A stretch of DNA of 60,246 nucleotides, counting the filler, from Sphacelaria rigidula (taxonomy: Eukaryota), in assembly GCA_964200075.2 (NCBI GenBank). It is 9 parts of 9 records of this genome, joined end to end, with 100 filler letters (N's around TTAATTAATTAA, not from the genome) between each part and the next. Parts side by side here need not be neighbours in the genome. Positions count along the whole stretch, not along the records: positions 33,528 to 40,132 come from CAXNAA020019106.1; positions 40,233 to 46,837 come from CAXNAA020019107.1; positions 46,938 to 53,542 come from CAXNAA020019108.1; 6 more parts are not named here. One strand, 5' to 3'. How positions within the stretch are numbered: the first letter of the stretch is position 1; each line of letters begins with the position of its first letter. The notes beneath the pieces were generated by a model, which saw only the letters and a program-made list of their open reading frames with translations, searched no databases and had not been told where the DNA came from. Shown here one piece after another: positions 37,796 to 51,507 of the stretch. The translations under genes were made by a program, and so were the position numbers.

Positions 37796-39334
37796 TTACT
37801 CTAACACCCCCTCCCACCTCAGCCACGGACGGCGCCGGCACGCACAAGCGAAGACGATGAAGAAAGCAGCAACAAAGTTGAACCTTCTTGAGGGTGTTAA
37901 AAGTGATTCGGAGAGCCGGTTGGTGCGTGTGATGCCTCCAACCTCAAAATGTGCCTCGTTTGAAGTTGCGACAGTCAAGTCTGAGAAGTCCAATCAAGAC
38001 TCGCTCTGGTCAAAGGGGATCGAAATGGGGGTGCACTCGTGTGCGCCCCAAGACAGCTGCGAAACACAATGCCATGATGACCAATGAAGCTGAATTTTGT
38101 TGGGGGCATCTCGATTGACGTTAAAAGAGCGATGGGGTGGTGTTTTCGCGCAGCGCGGCTTCAAATCAATTCGGGGAAAACCAGTGCGTGGTTCGGAGCT
38201 TCATAATGAGGCCCGGACGGACAGAGGGACGGATGGACACTTACTGAATTTCGGTTCGGTGAAAGTATTTTCCATTCTACGGGCCTTAAAGAAAAAAACC
38301 ACAAAATTCACCAAACGCAAAAAATATGACAACTTTCGAAAACTTGCCCTCCGGGAGAGCGGGGGAAGTCTCCGCGTCCAATGTTTTTCTCTCGTCAGTC
38401 CCTTGGGCTAGATGGAAATAGGATCAGAGTGAGGATTCCAATTGTGTATACAATCGTGAACATTTCTGGGGGGTGCAAATGACACTTGTACTGCTTGTTT
38501 TTCACCAATCACGTCTACACAAGGCATATCTGGTATGCAGTGTACATGACAGCAGCAAGCCGATCGCTACAAGCTGGAATGTAGCAGATAAACAGAGCAG
38601 GGATCAAAGGACACACATGAGCTTCAGCTTTTGAATTGATAGTAGTAGTATTTATCCCTCTTGTTGCACTAATAATGTTCATGAATTGTGGTAGCTGGTA
38701 CAAGCCTAGTAATTTCTCGGTGCCAATCGTGTAGATATCACCAAAAATCGCTGCTCCCTCACATACAGCGTGGAGCCTTTTTACAGCACTAGTTCGGTAT
38801 ACCTCCATAGACTGCCTTGTGCCCAGGACGCTTCCACTTTCAATTTGTTTCGGTTTATGTGACGTTGGGCTCGGATTGCGGCGGTAAAACTGGAGTTGTC
38901 TTGGCTGGGCCTTTGTTAGTAGAAGTGGCTCCAAAATGAAGGTCTGTCGCACGCACCCGGGGTATGGTGATGCGTCGTTGCACGGAAGCATAAAGTTCCA
39001 TTCAAGCGTAAAGTTGTACGGAAGCATATATCGTGTTCGTGTAATCGTCGTCGCCCTACATTCGCAAGGGCCAGCAGCAAGCCGGCGCTGAGACACGAGC
39101 CGTTCCCGGCAATTTTTCGCCAGGCCGTTCCGCACTAGTCCCAGCCACTACCATATGCCTGTTTTTAAGTACACGTACAGGATTCCCTTCCCAGTATACC
39201 ACAGACTAAAAGTTGCTCACTACTCTTTGTCGGGCAGACAGGAGGCAGCATCAAGCGTTAAGCAGCTGCACGCTAGCCAGAGGGGCCCCATATCGGAGAA
39301 TGACAGAACCACCCCTCCCCCTCCCTCCCTGGTT

Positions 39335-39646
39335 AGACACCCATGACGCAGTGTATAAGCCGTGGCTGTCTCTGGAAGTGGCGACACCACAGAATAAAGG
39401 AACATAGTGTTGGCTGTCATCCAAATGCAAGATAATCAGTAGGCTTCGGGCCGAACCATCTTAGCAGGATACACCTCACTCTTCATGCGACTCGCCGACC
39501 ACACCACGGCGCTTCGCGCTTGGTGGTTTGAGTGCAAGCCTGGTCCGGCGAAAACCCGGCGTGCTCCGTCCCGACTTTGTAGGGATGCGAGGTCAATGGT
39601 CTTATGACTATGGCATGCATGATCATGATTACACCTCCCCCCCCTC
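39335..39646 (+). mobile_element. 5'-truncated SINE-like family B copy between C-rich tracts
   Basis: Family B body and tail, with upstream CCCCTCCCCCTCCCTCCCTGG and downstream CCTCCCCCCCCTCCGG. Confidence 0.82.
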
Positions 39647-42256
39647 CGGCGGTCGTAGGATTTTGTTTTTCCACAGTAAGAAACACTCAATATACAACCA
39701 TTTTAGGACGAATTGGGTGAAGTAGCGCCCACGACTGTTGGCCCTATCTGCCACCACAACACTGGACGCAAATTGGCGGTGCAGATAGATGCGCCAAGCT
39801 CGATTGAGGAAGCATTGCAGATCATTGCGGTATGTCTGGTCTTGTTCTTGTCGTGGAAGTGTGCTGTGCAATATAGTGCCGAAAGTCATGAATATGACTC
39901 GGCCTTGGCTCCGGAGGTATGCGAAGAATAAAAGAATCGTTAGCACGAATTTTTATTCTTTATTTCCTTTTTCACTTTTTGACTTTTTTATTAATACATA
40001 GGATTTAGTAACCCGTCAATGGTCTGATGACTATGGCAAGCATGATCATGAGTACACCCCCAGCCTGGTCCGGCGAGAACCCGGTGTGCTCCGTCCCGGC
40101 TTTGCAGGGGCGGACCCCCGATGGGGTTGGCGNNNNNNNNNNNNNNNNNNNNNNNNNNNNNNNNNNNNNNNNNNNNTTAATTAATTAANNNNNNNNNNNN
40201 NNNNNNNNNNNNNNNNNNNNNNNNNNNNNNNNTAGGGATTGATTCGTACGATTCGAATCAACTACACTGAAACCAAGTAGTTTCCAGACGAATCATTGAT
40301 TTGTCCGACCCTTGAAAAACGCGACAAGACAGTGTCCAATGGCGCCTACCCGCAAGGACATGACACTTGGACAAGTAGATGGAACACGTACGTGCATAGG
40401 TCGGCTGTAGGACTGTCGGACCACGCCGACGCACCGCAAAGCTTTATTCTCAAAAGTAGCCGATCATATGCCAGAGCATGTATCGGCGGACTGAAGACAG
40501 ATGATTGAAAATCAGTGTTTTTCGAATACAGGGTTGTGACGCATAGTGCGACGGAGAGCAGCTTAATTAGGGCTTTCACGAGAATTTTTACACGTGCATG
40601 GGAGATGCCAAGGGAGAGATGCCATTTGTACACACCCCACAGGTAGGGGGGTATGGTAAGTCGGAAGGTTAAACAGTTGAGCAGTACTGAGTCCTGGACG
40701 TGTACAGTTAGGGAGAGAGCAAAGTGGCTTGGGGGGTTGTTTTGCTACACTCCTACTTCGCCATTCTTACGCACATCCTCGGCATCGGCAAGTCTTTCAT
40801 CAGCTTTTGACATGCAGTCTATTCGCAGCTTGCTATCAGTTCAACTGGTGAGTTTGAGTTAACTAGCATAAGTGGATAACACCCGGGTTTCGTACTCCCG
40901 TTTAACCCTTTTGGAACTCACGATGGAAAAGTATTCATTTGCGATTGACGGTTTTTGAGCAAGATATGGTTGATGGTTTACAGCACAGACGCAACAACAT
41001 TCACCAGATGCGTATTTTTCAGACCCGTGCGAGTGACAAGTGGAATAAAATAAGGTTTCCTGTCCACCGATGTGACGTATCAGACCCCGGAACCCATTGC
41101 TGTTTTTCGAATGAAATGTTTTATATTGTTTTCGCTGATTATTGCCGATGGATACAACTGGACACACTTCATGCGTTGCGTGGTATGATTGGACCAATCT
41201 CACCCGACCTCTCCAGGGAGGACGTTTTTTCTGCACCCGACGCGCGTGCTACTGGATTCTAATTCGGTTTTCCATTATAAAATGGTTGCCGTCGGCCTAT
41301 TCTGCTTCCATATTTTCCTCTGTCAGGGCTTCTCATGATGAGGCGTTTGGCCCGGGGACAGGAGGGGAGGGTTCCAAACGGGTCGACATGTTATTCTCCT
41401 CCACGTTTCCTCCACAACATATGTCATACTCCGTGGACTTCTCCGTACATGATTGTCATGCTTCCCTGACTTTCGGAATTGCTGACAGCACCCACAAAAC
41501 ACACGTAGACGCGAAAGTCGTTCACAACATCAAAGTACGAGCAGCAGCAGCAGCAGCAGCAGCAGTTCATTTGGGAATAGCGATGACACCGATGTAGATA
41601 TGTTAGACATGAAATATACCCAACATGCACACAGTGTTGTAGGCAGCAAGGCGGTGTTGCAGCGAGTAGTGCTACGGGAAGCGATAATATTTTTCAGAAG
41701 AGCTCTTCCAAATCGCGTCGCGCTTCCGCGATAAATACTGGGCGGAGGGAGGGGGTTCCAGACCTTGACAAAAAAACACGCGCGGAACGCTACGGTGCAT
41801 TTCCTTTCCTCATTTTCGTCTAACGTTACAAGGTAGTGTCACCAAACCATGTCGCATCTTAGCGCTAGTGTCTAGAGCGTTTCTAGGCCTTCTCGATTAG
41901 AGTACGCGCTGAGCGTTACGGCGCATCCATTCCCCACCATCTTTCATTTTCAGCACTCAAGTTGTTAGGATCGTTCTACGGAGGACAAATTCGCAGCGAA
42001 AGGGCGGAGAGGTCGGGTTCCTTTCTTTTGTAAGGGACAAGGCTTCGAGCTCACACCCTGTGTAGTGTGGGTCGCGGACACAAGGAAAAATTGGGCGAGG
42101 CAACGCCAACCTCAGCCCGCAGGCCTTGTCGACTGCATACAGATCAGCTGGCCTGAGTCATAAGGACCCCGCCACACGTAGCATGACACATATCATGACG
42201 GGCAAACGGACATAGTAGGTACAGGGGAATAGTAGGACTGCAAAAGCATCACCCCC

Positions 42257-42711
42257 TAGCCTGGTCCGGCGAGATCCCGGCGTGCTCCGTCCCGGCTTTG
42301 TAGGGGCGGACCACCGACGGGGTTGGCGTCGGTTGGCGATGACGCTATAAACACACGCCACTCACTGCGTAAGCTAGGCAACCAGGTTACCGTTTTGTTT
42401 TTGCGCACTTGCGTTGTTTTTGCGGTAACCATAATAGTAGTCGAGCTAGATCATGTTGTGCGGCATGGGAGAACCTCAACTCCGCACAATGGGGATGATC
42501 ATACCAAGAAGTGTTTATATGGTGAGACAATCATGAGGCAGTGTATAAGCCGTGGCTGTCTCTGGAAGTGGCGATACCGCAAAATGAAGCAATGAATATG
42601 TAGGCTGTCATCCACAAGCAAGATAATCAGTAGGCTTCGGGCCGAACAATCTCAACAGGATGCAGCTCACGCTTCATGAGATTCGTCGAACACACCACGG
42701 CGCTTCCAGAG
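42257..42711 (+). mobile_element. Longest SINE-like family B copy including its 5' head
   Basis: It starts (T)AGCCTGGTCCGGCGAGA just after CCCCC. The same head occurs at 40062-40132 and, reversed, at 53643-53760. It runs into the family B body, and the 3' end is lost at the 10-N gap 42712-42721. Confidence 0.78.
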
Positions 42712-44562
42712 NNNNNNNNNNCTCCGCCGCGTGGTGGGGGGGGGCGGCCCACTGCGTCCTCCCCGCGGGATCGTTCATCAGGCTCCCCCCCCCCCCCCCC
42801 CCCCCAGCTTGGTGGTCATATGGGCCCAACGCCATCAAGCTGAAGATGTGAAACAGAGTATCCTCATCTTTCCACAAAAACATTGACCCTGGTGCAACGG
42901 GGGATTCGTGCACTCTCAAACTCGCAACACACATGTCCCACACCTTGACATGCCAACATCATTGAATTGCATGATAACAAGTGGGCATAAAGCAAACACC
43001 CGCGATATAACCATGAGCAATAATAGACACAAATGGGAATACTCACCCCCCTTTTCAGCCAAACGTGGGTACAAGTATAACCGAAAGTTGTACCAGCCCT
43101 TGCTAAGCCCAAACGAATCAAAGCTCAATCCCGACGCAAAAGTAGCGCGCTCACACAGCCCACGCAGAGCATGTACATGAACTTTTACGTGGAGAACAAG
43201 TGCGATTTAGGGTTAGACAGCACCGCAGGGCACACGGTCCTCGCGGAACACCTGTTCACGTCCGACAATCGAGTGGGTATTCCCACTAATGACTAGGTTT
43301 CTTGTACCCCCTTTTTGTCCATCGTGTGACAACTTTTGACCGAAGTTTACTCACGTTTGACCTTTGTCGGCCTTCCGAAGCCGCGTTTCAGCAATTGCAC
43401 GGGTCGGATGAATATATGATTCGTCTGGAAAGCACTTGATTTTAGTGTGATTGTTTCGTACCGTATGAATCAGTCCTTGGGCTTTGATTTCAGCGTTGCA
43501 ACCCAGGTACGCGCAGCCCAGGCACGCGGGATGGCGCAAAAGTTGCGTGGGAACCTTTTCGGCCATCGGTCGACTTTTTTTCTCCCTTCCGAGCAATCAG
43601 GCATGAAAAATCGTGGATTTGGTGATTCGAACCGGCGATAATTCGTCCGAACAGTGAAATATTGTCGGTCGATACTTCCGATGATAGTTGCAATAGGCTA
43701 ATACTTAAACCAGTACATTGCTTGTCTACTGTATCTATTGGTCATATCTTTGTCCGGGATGTGGGATACTTGAGATACATCTAGTTATACAGGCTGGTTC
43801 ACGCTCATCACCCAAAATTGTCTGAGCTCCGAAGAATACGTTTTGCAGAATCTACCCAATTGTCGCATACATGAAATTATACTGATCGCCATGCACAGCT
43901 GAAGAGAGTGACAGCTGGATTTGTGTTTGAGGCCATAGTGGCGCTGAGGGCGAAAATATGCCTCGACCAATCAGCGCCCTTCAATTTGTTCTGATGTCGA
44001 AAGTAAGAATTCCAACCCCAACTTTCACCCATTCTCCACATGCTCCCAATCGCAGTAGCCGTGATCAGCTCGGGAACCTAACGGAACAGAGTTGAAAACC
44101 TTACGACGGGGTCACATTATACCCGAAACCGTGGTGTTTCAGTGATGTGGGGTCTTGGCGTCATCTAATTTCCAATAATGATGAGCACGAAAGACCCAGG
44201 GAGCCTCGTGACGGTTGCCCGTATATCTGGTCTGGAAAAGCTCAGATGGCCTTCAAACTTGGCGGTTCCGTAGGTATTGATGCTCCAAATGCAAAATTGC
44301 ATTCTTGACAAGATTTCAAAGTGTCTCCGTTCTCTACCGGCTTCCCCGGAAGGTGGCACAGAATACCTCGCAAAAGCAAATGACATGATGCATCCCGGGG
44401 TAGTCCAAGGAACATATGTACAAAGTTTGGTCGAGAAACTCGAAAACCTTGTATAGTTTTTCCCGCCTTGACGTTACATACACCAAAAAAAGACGTTTTT
44501 ATAGCAAAACCAAGACTTGGGAGTTCTGCACCTTTCAAACTCATGTCATCGCACAATGGCGC

Positions 44563-44843
44563 AAAACTTCACGCCGTTTCTAGGAGTTAGACCCTGAAAC
44601 TTTGCAAAAATGTGGTATGGGTCGTCACGCGAATTTTAATGGACGAGGTTTTCATACTTTTCGCCTTTTTTCACCGTTTTTCGGAGGTCCGACGGAATCC
44701 AAATGTCTCCAAGAACCCTGGGAACCCCGAAAAGCGGTAAAAAGGAAGAAAAAAAAAATCGACCTCCGAAAGTAGCGTAGTGATCCCTAGAGAAGTTGTG
44801 CAAAGTTTCAGAGGCCAACTCCTGAAAACGGCGCGAAGATTTA
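44563..44843. mobile_element. MITE-like element with ~50-bp inverted arms
   Basis: AAACTTCACGCCGTTTCTAGGAGTTAGACCCTGAAACTTTGCA pairs with TGCAAAGTTTCAGAGGCCAACTCCTGAAAACGGCGCGAAGATTT. Confidence 0.65.
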
Positions 44844-47800
44844 TCCATGATTGTTCTTAGGTTGATGAGCATGAACCAGCCTGTAGTGGTGGGGTATGAT
44901 ACATGAAGTGATGGTGCACCAAGTGAAGAAGAGCGAACAAGACAAGGGGCGATTCGGAGGATATCCAATCGTGAAAACGCAATGAATCATGACTTCTACT
45001 CATTCGGAGGTTCCCGTACGTCCCGGCATATGACTGGCCGTCTGAATTGTTCATGACAATCATTACGCCGTGTCTGATCGAGACGACAAAAGTAGCACAC
45101 CCTGGATGATGACAATGGATTTCATTGTCGAGAAGCGCAGTGCGTACATCGACTATTGCAGTAGGCAATTATATTCCACACTGTACGCAGTACACTCTTT
45201 GACAGTGTAATCTCCTCTCCAGGGTGTGAAAAGCAGCAAAAAAAAGAGCGAGCAAGGCAGCGTGCCTGCCCACAACGACCGCTTGAGGTCCTACGGCACT
45301 ATTACTACTCTGGCATGTCTGTCCACAATGGCCAGTTGGGGTCCGACGGTCTTACGGCACTACTACTGCAATAGCAGTCAGTGCTATTTCACCGCCTATT
45401 TCTCCGCCTCCACGGCTTGCCGCCGCACGAGGTTTTTTCGCGTGCACGGCTTTCTCACGGGTGTTGGCGTACATGACTCTTTTTTGTTGGCAATTGCTGC
45501 GCCACCAACCATTAAGCCTGTCCGTATGCACGGACCATCTGTAGCGAGCCGACTTGGTGGCCCAAACCTCCGCAAGCAAGAGTCGAATTTTGTTCCGAGA
45601 TCGGAACATGGTCTGGCCTGCCTCTTGAGCGAGTTCACCTCGTGCGAAGAACTCGAAAGGAGTGCCACCATTGTTGTTCTGCCACCTACGGAAAGAGCAG
45701 AAATATGGCCTCTCATCCCCTTGGAATCCGTAACATTCAGGTACAATTTCCGCCACAATTAGGTATAATTCCCGCCACATTCAGGTACACTTGGAAATTG
45801 AGGTAAATATTTGGGGGAAATGACACAGACTCAGGCATATCTGACGCGTTCTCGGCCACAAACAGGTGTGAAATGGTTGAGGACGATCACGTGGCTAGAA
45901 ATCTGGCCGACTTGTGCTACCCGTACACTTTTGTTTTTCTTCCTCACTTTCAACTCCTCTCCTTCCTCGGGAGAAGTCTGCGGTCTCAAGGGATCAACTC
46001 ATCTCCGGTGCACGCCTTACATTTTGGTGTTGCGGATTGGTTCATGACTATCAGCACTCCTGCACCCGCGTCGACTGTTGTCTGACAAACTCAGACAAGG
46101 AGAGTATAATATTTTTGCTACAAACAACATTTCCAAACAACGTTTCCGCCAGATTAAATGTTGAGCCCGTGATCGAGTGATAACCCAGAGAAACGGAAAT
46201 TCCAATCCATTCAGCGACCGTTGTTTCCTGGTGAAAAAATACTTCGCCAAGCCACCCGAGGAGCGGGTTGAATGAAAGCTCTTAGCCGCGGGTTTAACCC
46301 AACAAATGTTGTTCTTGTACTGGCCTCGTCAATCAGCAGAGATCTAGACCCCCCAGAGTTCCAGAGATGGTCGACGGATGTCTGAAACAGTGTTACTGCC
46401 AAATGCCCCTTCAGGCCTTATACGCTTTCTGTAGTAGCTTGCCACTGAAGCCTCTGACATCCCCGAGTGGGGTATCATCGCGTAGCTGTAAGCACACGGC
46501 ATTGTCACGGGCAGAATACACACACAACAACAACAGCGTTTTCATGAGAATAATAGTAGGATCAACCTCGTATTATGGAGCGAAATAAAAAATCCACTTT
46601 CGACCAAACGCTAGCCACTCGATCTGGCGAAAAGGGGTTTTACTCACGCCTTCACGTTTTCTACGAGGGAAGTCAGATACTTCTAGTAGGCGATTTTCAA
46701 AATTGAGGATGGTGCTTTTCATTGAGGATGGTGACGGGAAAGTTAAAATCTTCGTACCCGCACTAATTATTCCACGGTTAGGACAAATCATCACGACTCA
46801 AAATCACCTAATGCACGATTTCTTCGGCCTGATTACCNNNNNNNNNNNNNNNNNNNNNNNNNNNNNNNNNNNNNNNNNNNNTTAATTAATTAANNNNNNN
46901 NNNNNNNNNNNNNNNNNNNNNNNNNNNNNNNNNNNNNCGCTGAACTGTGTATACAAAATTGTAGATGACCCAGGAGCTTGATAAAAAGCCGACGCGGGTT
47001 TTGTCACAAACCGGCGTCTACCTTGACGTTGCCCCCCCCCCCCCTCCTCCCTCTGCCGACGCGGCGGGTTTGGCACTGTAGCAATGTCCCAGTTGAATGT
47101 GCTTCGTCCACACTATGGACGGTTGCTTCACATCGTTCGAGAGAGTGCAGTCTAGAAGACGCAGAGGCGTCCCTTCCACCGAGTATTTTCGTCACAAGTT
47201 CTCAGCGAATTGTTTTTCCATCAAGAGGTTTCAACCATTTCTTGTAGGTCCTTCGTCGGGAGAAGCGTTTTCTGTTTTTGACATCAGGGGGTATTTCCAA
47301 AGAGGTGGAAGATCTATATATTTTGTCGAGAAAGCGGACTGTTTTCGGGTAGATTATAGTTCGCCGGAAAAACGTTCTGTCTGTTCAACACGCCTTTCAT
47401 CAAGCACGCTGCAGCTAGCCATACAGACAGTACATGTATGAAGTACAGCTGCAAACCGCACAGCACACACATAATATGGTCCAGAAACAGTACGATACAA
47501 CCGGTGCCGGGTACAGACAGCACACACAACTGCGGTATGTAGCTGTATACTACATATGCATGCGCGCAAAATCGACAGCAGTATACTGTATAGAACGCTA
47601 TACGTGCAGTACAGTCGCACAGACAGAGCACTGTACGGTATACATATGTGCAAGTACGCAAATATGCCGTGAAGACGGTCCAGAGTCGAGACCGAGTTCT
47701 TGTCTTGGTGTTTTTGAATTGGTATAGTTCGGTAGTTGCTGGCACTGGCTTGATGGACCGATTCCATGTTCTGAGCATCAATCCTGCCTTCGAGGTCTCA

Positions 47801-50528
47801 TCTGTTGCACTTACGTTTGTTTTATAACAGCTGCATCAACTACATACGGTTGTGTAGAGTAGATACAATAACTACGATGACAACTATTTTTGGCCTGGTT
47901 CTGTTTCATGCATCATGCTATTATAGTCAGCAATTTTACTGTGACACACCACTATTATTGTAGATGTCGTGCGTTGTTGTGCATCACAATCAAACAATCA
48001 AACGACCACAAGGCGTTGCACTTTATCGCGATAAATGGAGCCACCAAAGTGAGCTGTCATGTGCGGGTAGTCTACTAGTCCTCAACACCTCGAGAGAGCA
48101 AAGGCGACCGCAAATCTTTTCTTTGGCGCTCCAGGAGGGAGGGGGGGGAGTCCAGGGCGATATTTTTTACCACACATGTTTCCCATGAAGGATACCTTTA
48201 CACGCTCGAGGAAATGGGGATCATTCTGAAGTTTCTCACATGGAAAATTATCTGAAAAGTCAACATGGGAACCTTGATATCAAAAGTCTCAATGCGACGA
48301 CTCCACGCAATGACCACCTTGACCAGCCAACTACAACAATATGCTCAGCTTGCTCTGAATCAGTGTCGTTCAACATATATGACTCACATTCATTACGTCC
48401 GTCTCGTGACTTTACTCAGGAGGCGTTTGCACAGCATGCGCGGGTCTACAGTATGTACTGGTGTTTCCCGAGGTGTAGCGAAGTTGCTAGATGATGAGCA
48501 GTGGTACACAATACTGTGTAAGGCCTCCAAGGCCGCCCGTAGCATGACAAACCGAGGTGTAACGATTGAACGTCGGGTGTAGTAATTGGGAACGTGCACG
48601 TGGCTTTTCGAGCCATAAAATCTCATTTCCCTTGCGGAAACCCGCGTCTTGCGTGTTTTTTCTTGCCTTGAGTTGGAAGTATTGATATCCTGGGCGAATT
48701 CTTGCATGCCTTGAGTCTGTTCTCCCCCTCTCATAGTAAATTGCCTCTCGGATTGCAACGTGGACGGGTTTGTTCGAAAGCTGTGGCAGCAGGCACTCTG
48801 GAAATCCCTCTCTAACGTGTAAGTGAGATGAGGGGTACAATGCAGGGTGGTTAAGGGTGAGCGACTGGAGTATACTCCCCAGCGATTTCCCGTGCCGTTT
48901 TTTGCAGTTAAACCCTCAATTTTTGCATACGAGTGCTCTGAAATATTTCCGGAGGGCTCTATGAATGTGATATTTCGTGTTTTGTTTTTCTTTTTTGCCA
49001 GATGTCCGGGGTCTGACCGGCGAAAACAAATGCCCCCCCAGCTGGAGCCTCAGATATCTGGCGAAAACAAAATAGAAAGACTTTCCTTCATGCAGTCCTT
49101 TGAAATATCTCAGAGCATCGGTATGCAAACTATCGGGGTCTAACTCCAAACCCCGGCGTGAGCAATTGGCCGTTTGTGCGCTGAAGTAAACAGGTGTACG
49201 CGAAACACCCGTGATAACTCAATTTTAGTATGCTACCGATGTCGTCCTTGTGCGCTTAGGCTTAAACCGACCGTTCGGGATCAGTTTTTCGTGTTACGCA
49301 CAGAAATTATGTACAAATGTTCCTTGGACTACCTCGGGACGAGTGAAATTGGAAATTTTCATCTTGAAGCAATCTGAAGGTGTTCAAGCTGGGACCCCTG
49401 GAAGGTAGTAGAGAGCGGATGACCGTTGAAATACTCTTGAGTGTTTTTCTCCCCATTTGAAACACCAATATTCACCAAATGTCTACGTTTGAGCATGATC
49501 GGAGCTTTTCTACGAAAAGTACAAGGGAAAACGGCAAGAGACTTTCTGGGTCTTCGATGCCTATTATCGGTGGGAATTGGACGACGCCAAAACCCCAAGT
49601 CACCGAAACACTACGCTTTCCGGTATAACATCCCATACAAACCGTTTCGAATATGATTTTTGCGTTAGAATCCCAACCCGATGTCGGTTTCTAGGGTGTG
49701 ATTCGTGATGAGCTTGATCACATATTGCGTGAGGAATTCGCATACTTATTGTCAGAACAATTTGAACGCCGCTGATGGGTCGAGAAATGTTTTCACCAAC
49801 AGCGCCCCGGCAAAGATACGAGAAAAATCTGGCCATGCCACACTGTTCGCTCGCTCGTGGGCGTCACTATGACACCAAATATATTTCTATCGGGTCCGTT
49901 TCGCGTTCTGTATCTAGTGGGGGGAACAACTTTCGAGCGTTTACCCTGAACCAGCCTGTAGCCCGATACCCCGGCTTGTCGTATTCCGGAACGATTTGAT
50001 ATTCATTCGATCGAATTTTCGGGTACAGTCAAACCGACTGGTAATTTCTGAGAAGAGAGTCGATCTGTCTTTTGTGGGAATTACCGGCCATTCTACTGCA
50101 AAGGGTATGGCATATATATATATATATATATTGCAGCAGTAGTTTTTCGAAGCTTTTGCGCATGGTTGTAGTTCTGTGCACAGTACTTTGGGTTCATGTG
50201 TGTTGTGGCCACGGCTAGATTCCACGAGGATCAATCAATCACTTCATGTGCGACAACCAATCAACCAACTCAGCTGTGCCGCCCCGACCCATGGCCCTGA
50301 TAAAAGCTAGCATCAACTGGGTCGGGTCAGGGGTTTCGAATCCCAGCCGAAAAGTTTCAATATTTTTTTTGCTGAGGACAGTCCGATGTTTGTCGTTGAA
50401 AACATAAGGACGTGAGTAGCGAAGAAAATTTAGCGTGTGGCGAAATATAATTTGGCGAAAGTCGACGAGGTGCGTGAGTGGTGATCTAATCCACGACATC
50501 AGTATACCAGGCCGGTACTTACCGGGGG

Positions 50529-50590
50529 TGTACTCATGATCATACATGCCATAGTCATAAAGACCATTGGGTTGGTGCTTAGTATTGGGT
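50529..50590 (-). mobile_element. Family B 3' tip with 16-bp TSD
   Basis: TGTACTCATGATCATACATGCCATAGTCATAAAGACCATTG is flanked by CGGTACTTACCGGGGG (50513-50528) and CGGTACTTACCGGAGG (50591-50606). Confidence 0.82.
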
Positions 50591-50925
50591 CGGTACTTAC
50601 CGGAGGAGAGATGGGTTGATCCCTTGAGACCACTGACTCGTCTTCAGGAAGGGGAGGGGCTGGGTGTACCACGGGGAAAAATAACAACATATACTCGAGG
50701 CAAGAGCAGGGCAGTTTCGCTTCAACCCCTCAAAGTACTGTACTGAATGAGTCATCTCACGTAGTGGGTGCTATCAAATCGCCGCTGTGTTCTGTCGCGA
50801 CAAAAGACCAACCATCCTTTCCTCGTGTGTTGGGGCCAAGAGCTGAACCATGATGTCACACTGATACTTCAACACCCGCTTGCTTGACACTCGCGGTCGC
50901 CGTTGTGTGCCCTGCAGCAGCGAAG

Positions 50926-51042
50926 ATGGGGCGGCGCAACAAGAGAAACAAGAGGGCAAAAAAAAACAAAGAACACGTGCAGCCAAAATATATTGTGCAG
51001 CAGGCAAAACCATCCATGTACGATGGTTTTCTTCGTATGACG
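50926..51042 (+). CDS. Probable first coding exon of an unknown host gene (MGRRNKRNKRAKKNKEHVQPKYIVQQAKPSMYDGFLRMT)
   Basis: ATG in the context GAAGATGG, 39 codons, then a canonical donor ACG|GTGAGT in phase 0. The N-terminus is basic and NLS-like. Confidence 0.55.
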
Positions 51043-51507
51043 GTGAGTGCGTGTTTGAATTTTGGCGTGCGTCAATGTCCACGCCCAGAGTAAAGTATTC
51101 CAAGCATGTATTATGTGGGGTACGGGTTTTGGCATACCCGGGGTATTCGCCCGGGTATCACCCGTACCCGACGGTTCTGCGAGGTTTGTAAACTTCTATA
51201 CCATTATCTGACACTTGTGAAAAATCTGCACGAAATATTTATTTTTCACCCGGAGATCGGGAATACCCTTGTGGAAATAAACACCCGGTTGTGGGTAAGG
51301 GTTTCTGTACAGCCTCCATACCGTACCCGACGGGATGCTTCTATACATTATCATGATGATTGGGGATATTTGGATTTGATGGACTCCTTTTCTTTTGTTT
51401 CTTCTCGTAGGATTCACGTGAAAACCGTTAAACTGGAAGGCCTTTCAGGTAGTGTTCTACGGGGTATGGGTATGTTCGGTAGGGTACGAGATTTTCACAG
51501 AAACCTT

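Noticed and set aside
38515..39135. 206-aa minus-strand ORF
   Set aside because: It has a non-ATG start, no recognisable motif and no convincing splice structure.
40020..40035. Hammerhead ribozyme core CTGATGA in the family B tail (retrozyme idea)
   Set aside because: It is present in only this copy (others read CTTATGA, CATATGA, CACACGA), and there is no matching GAAA stem arrangement.
47420..47680. CAGTA/TACAG-rich tract (also 37120-37530) as a structured element
   Set aside because: It looks like decayed low-complexity microsatellite, with no termini or consistent unit.
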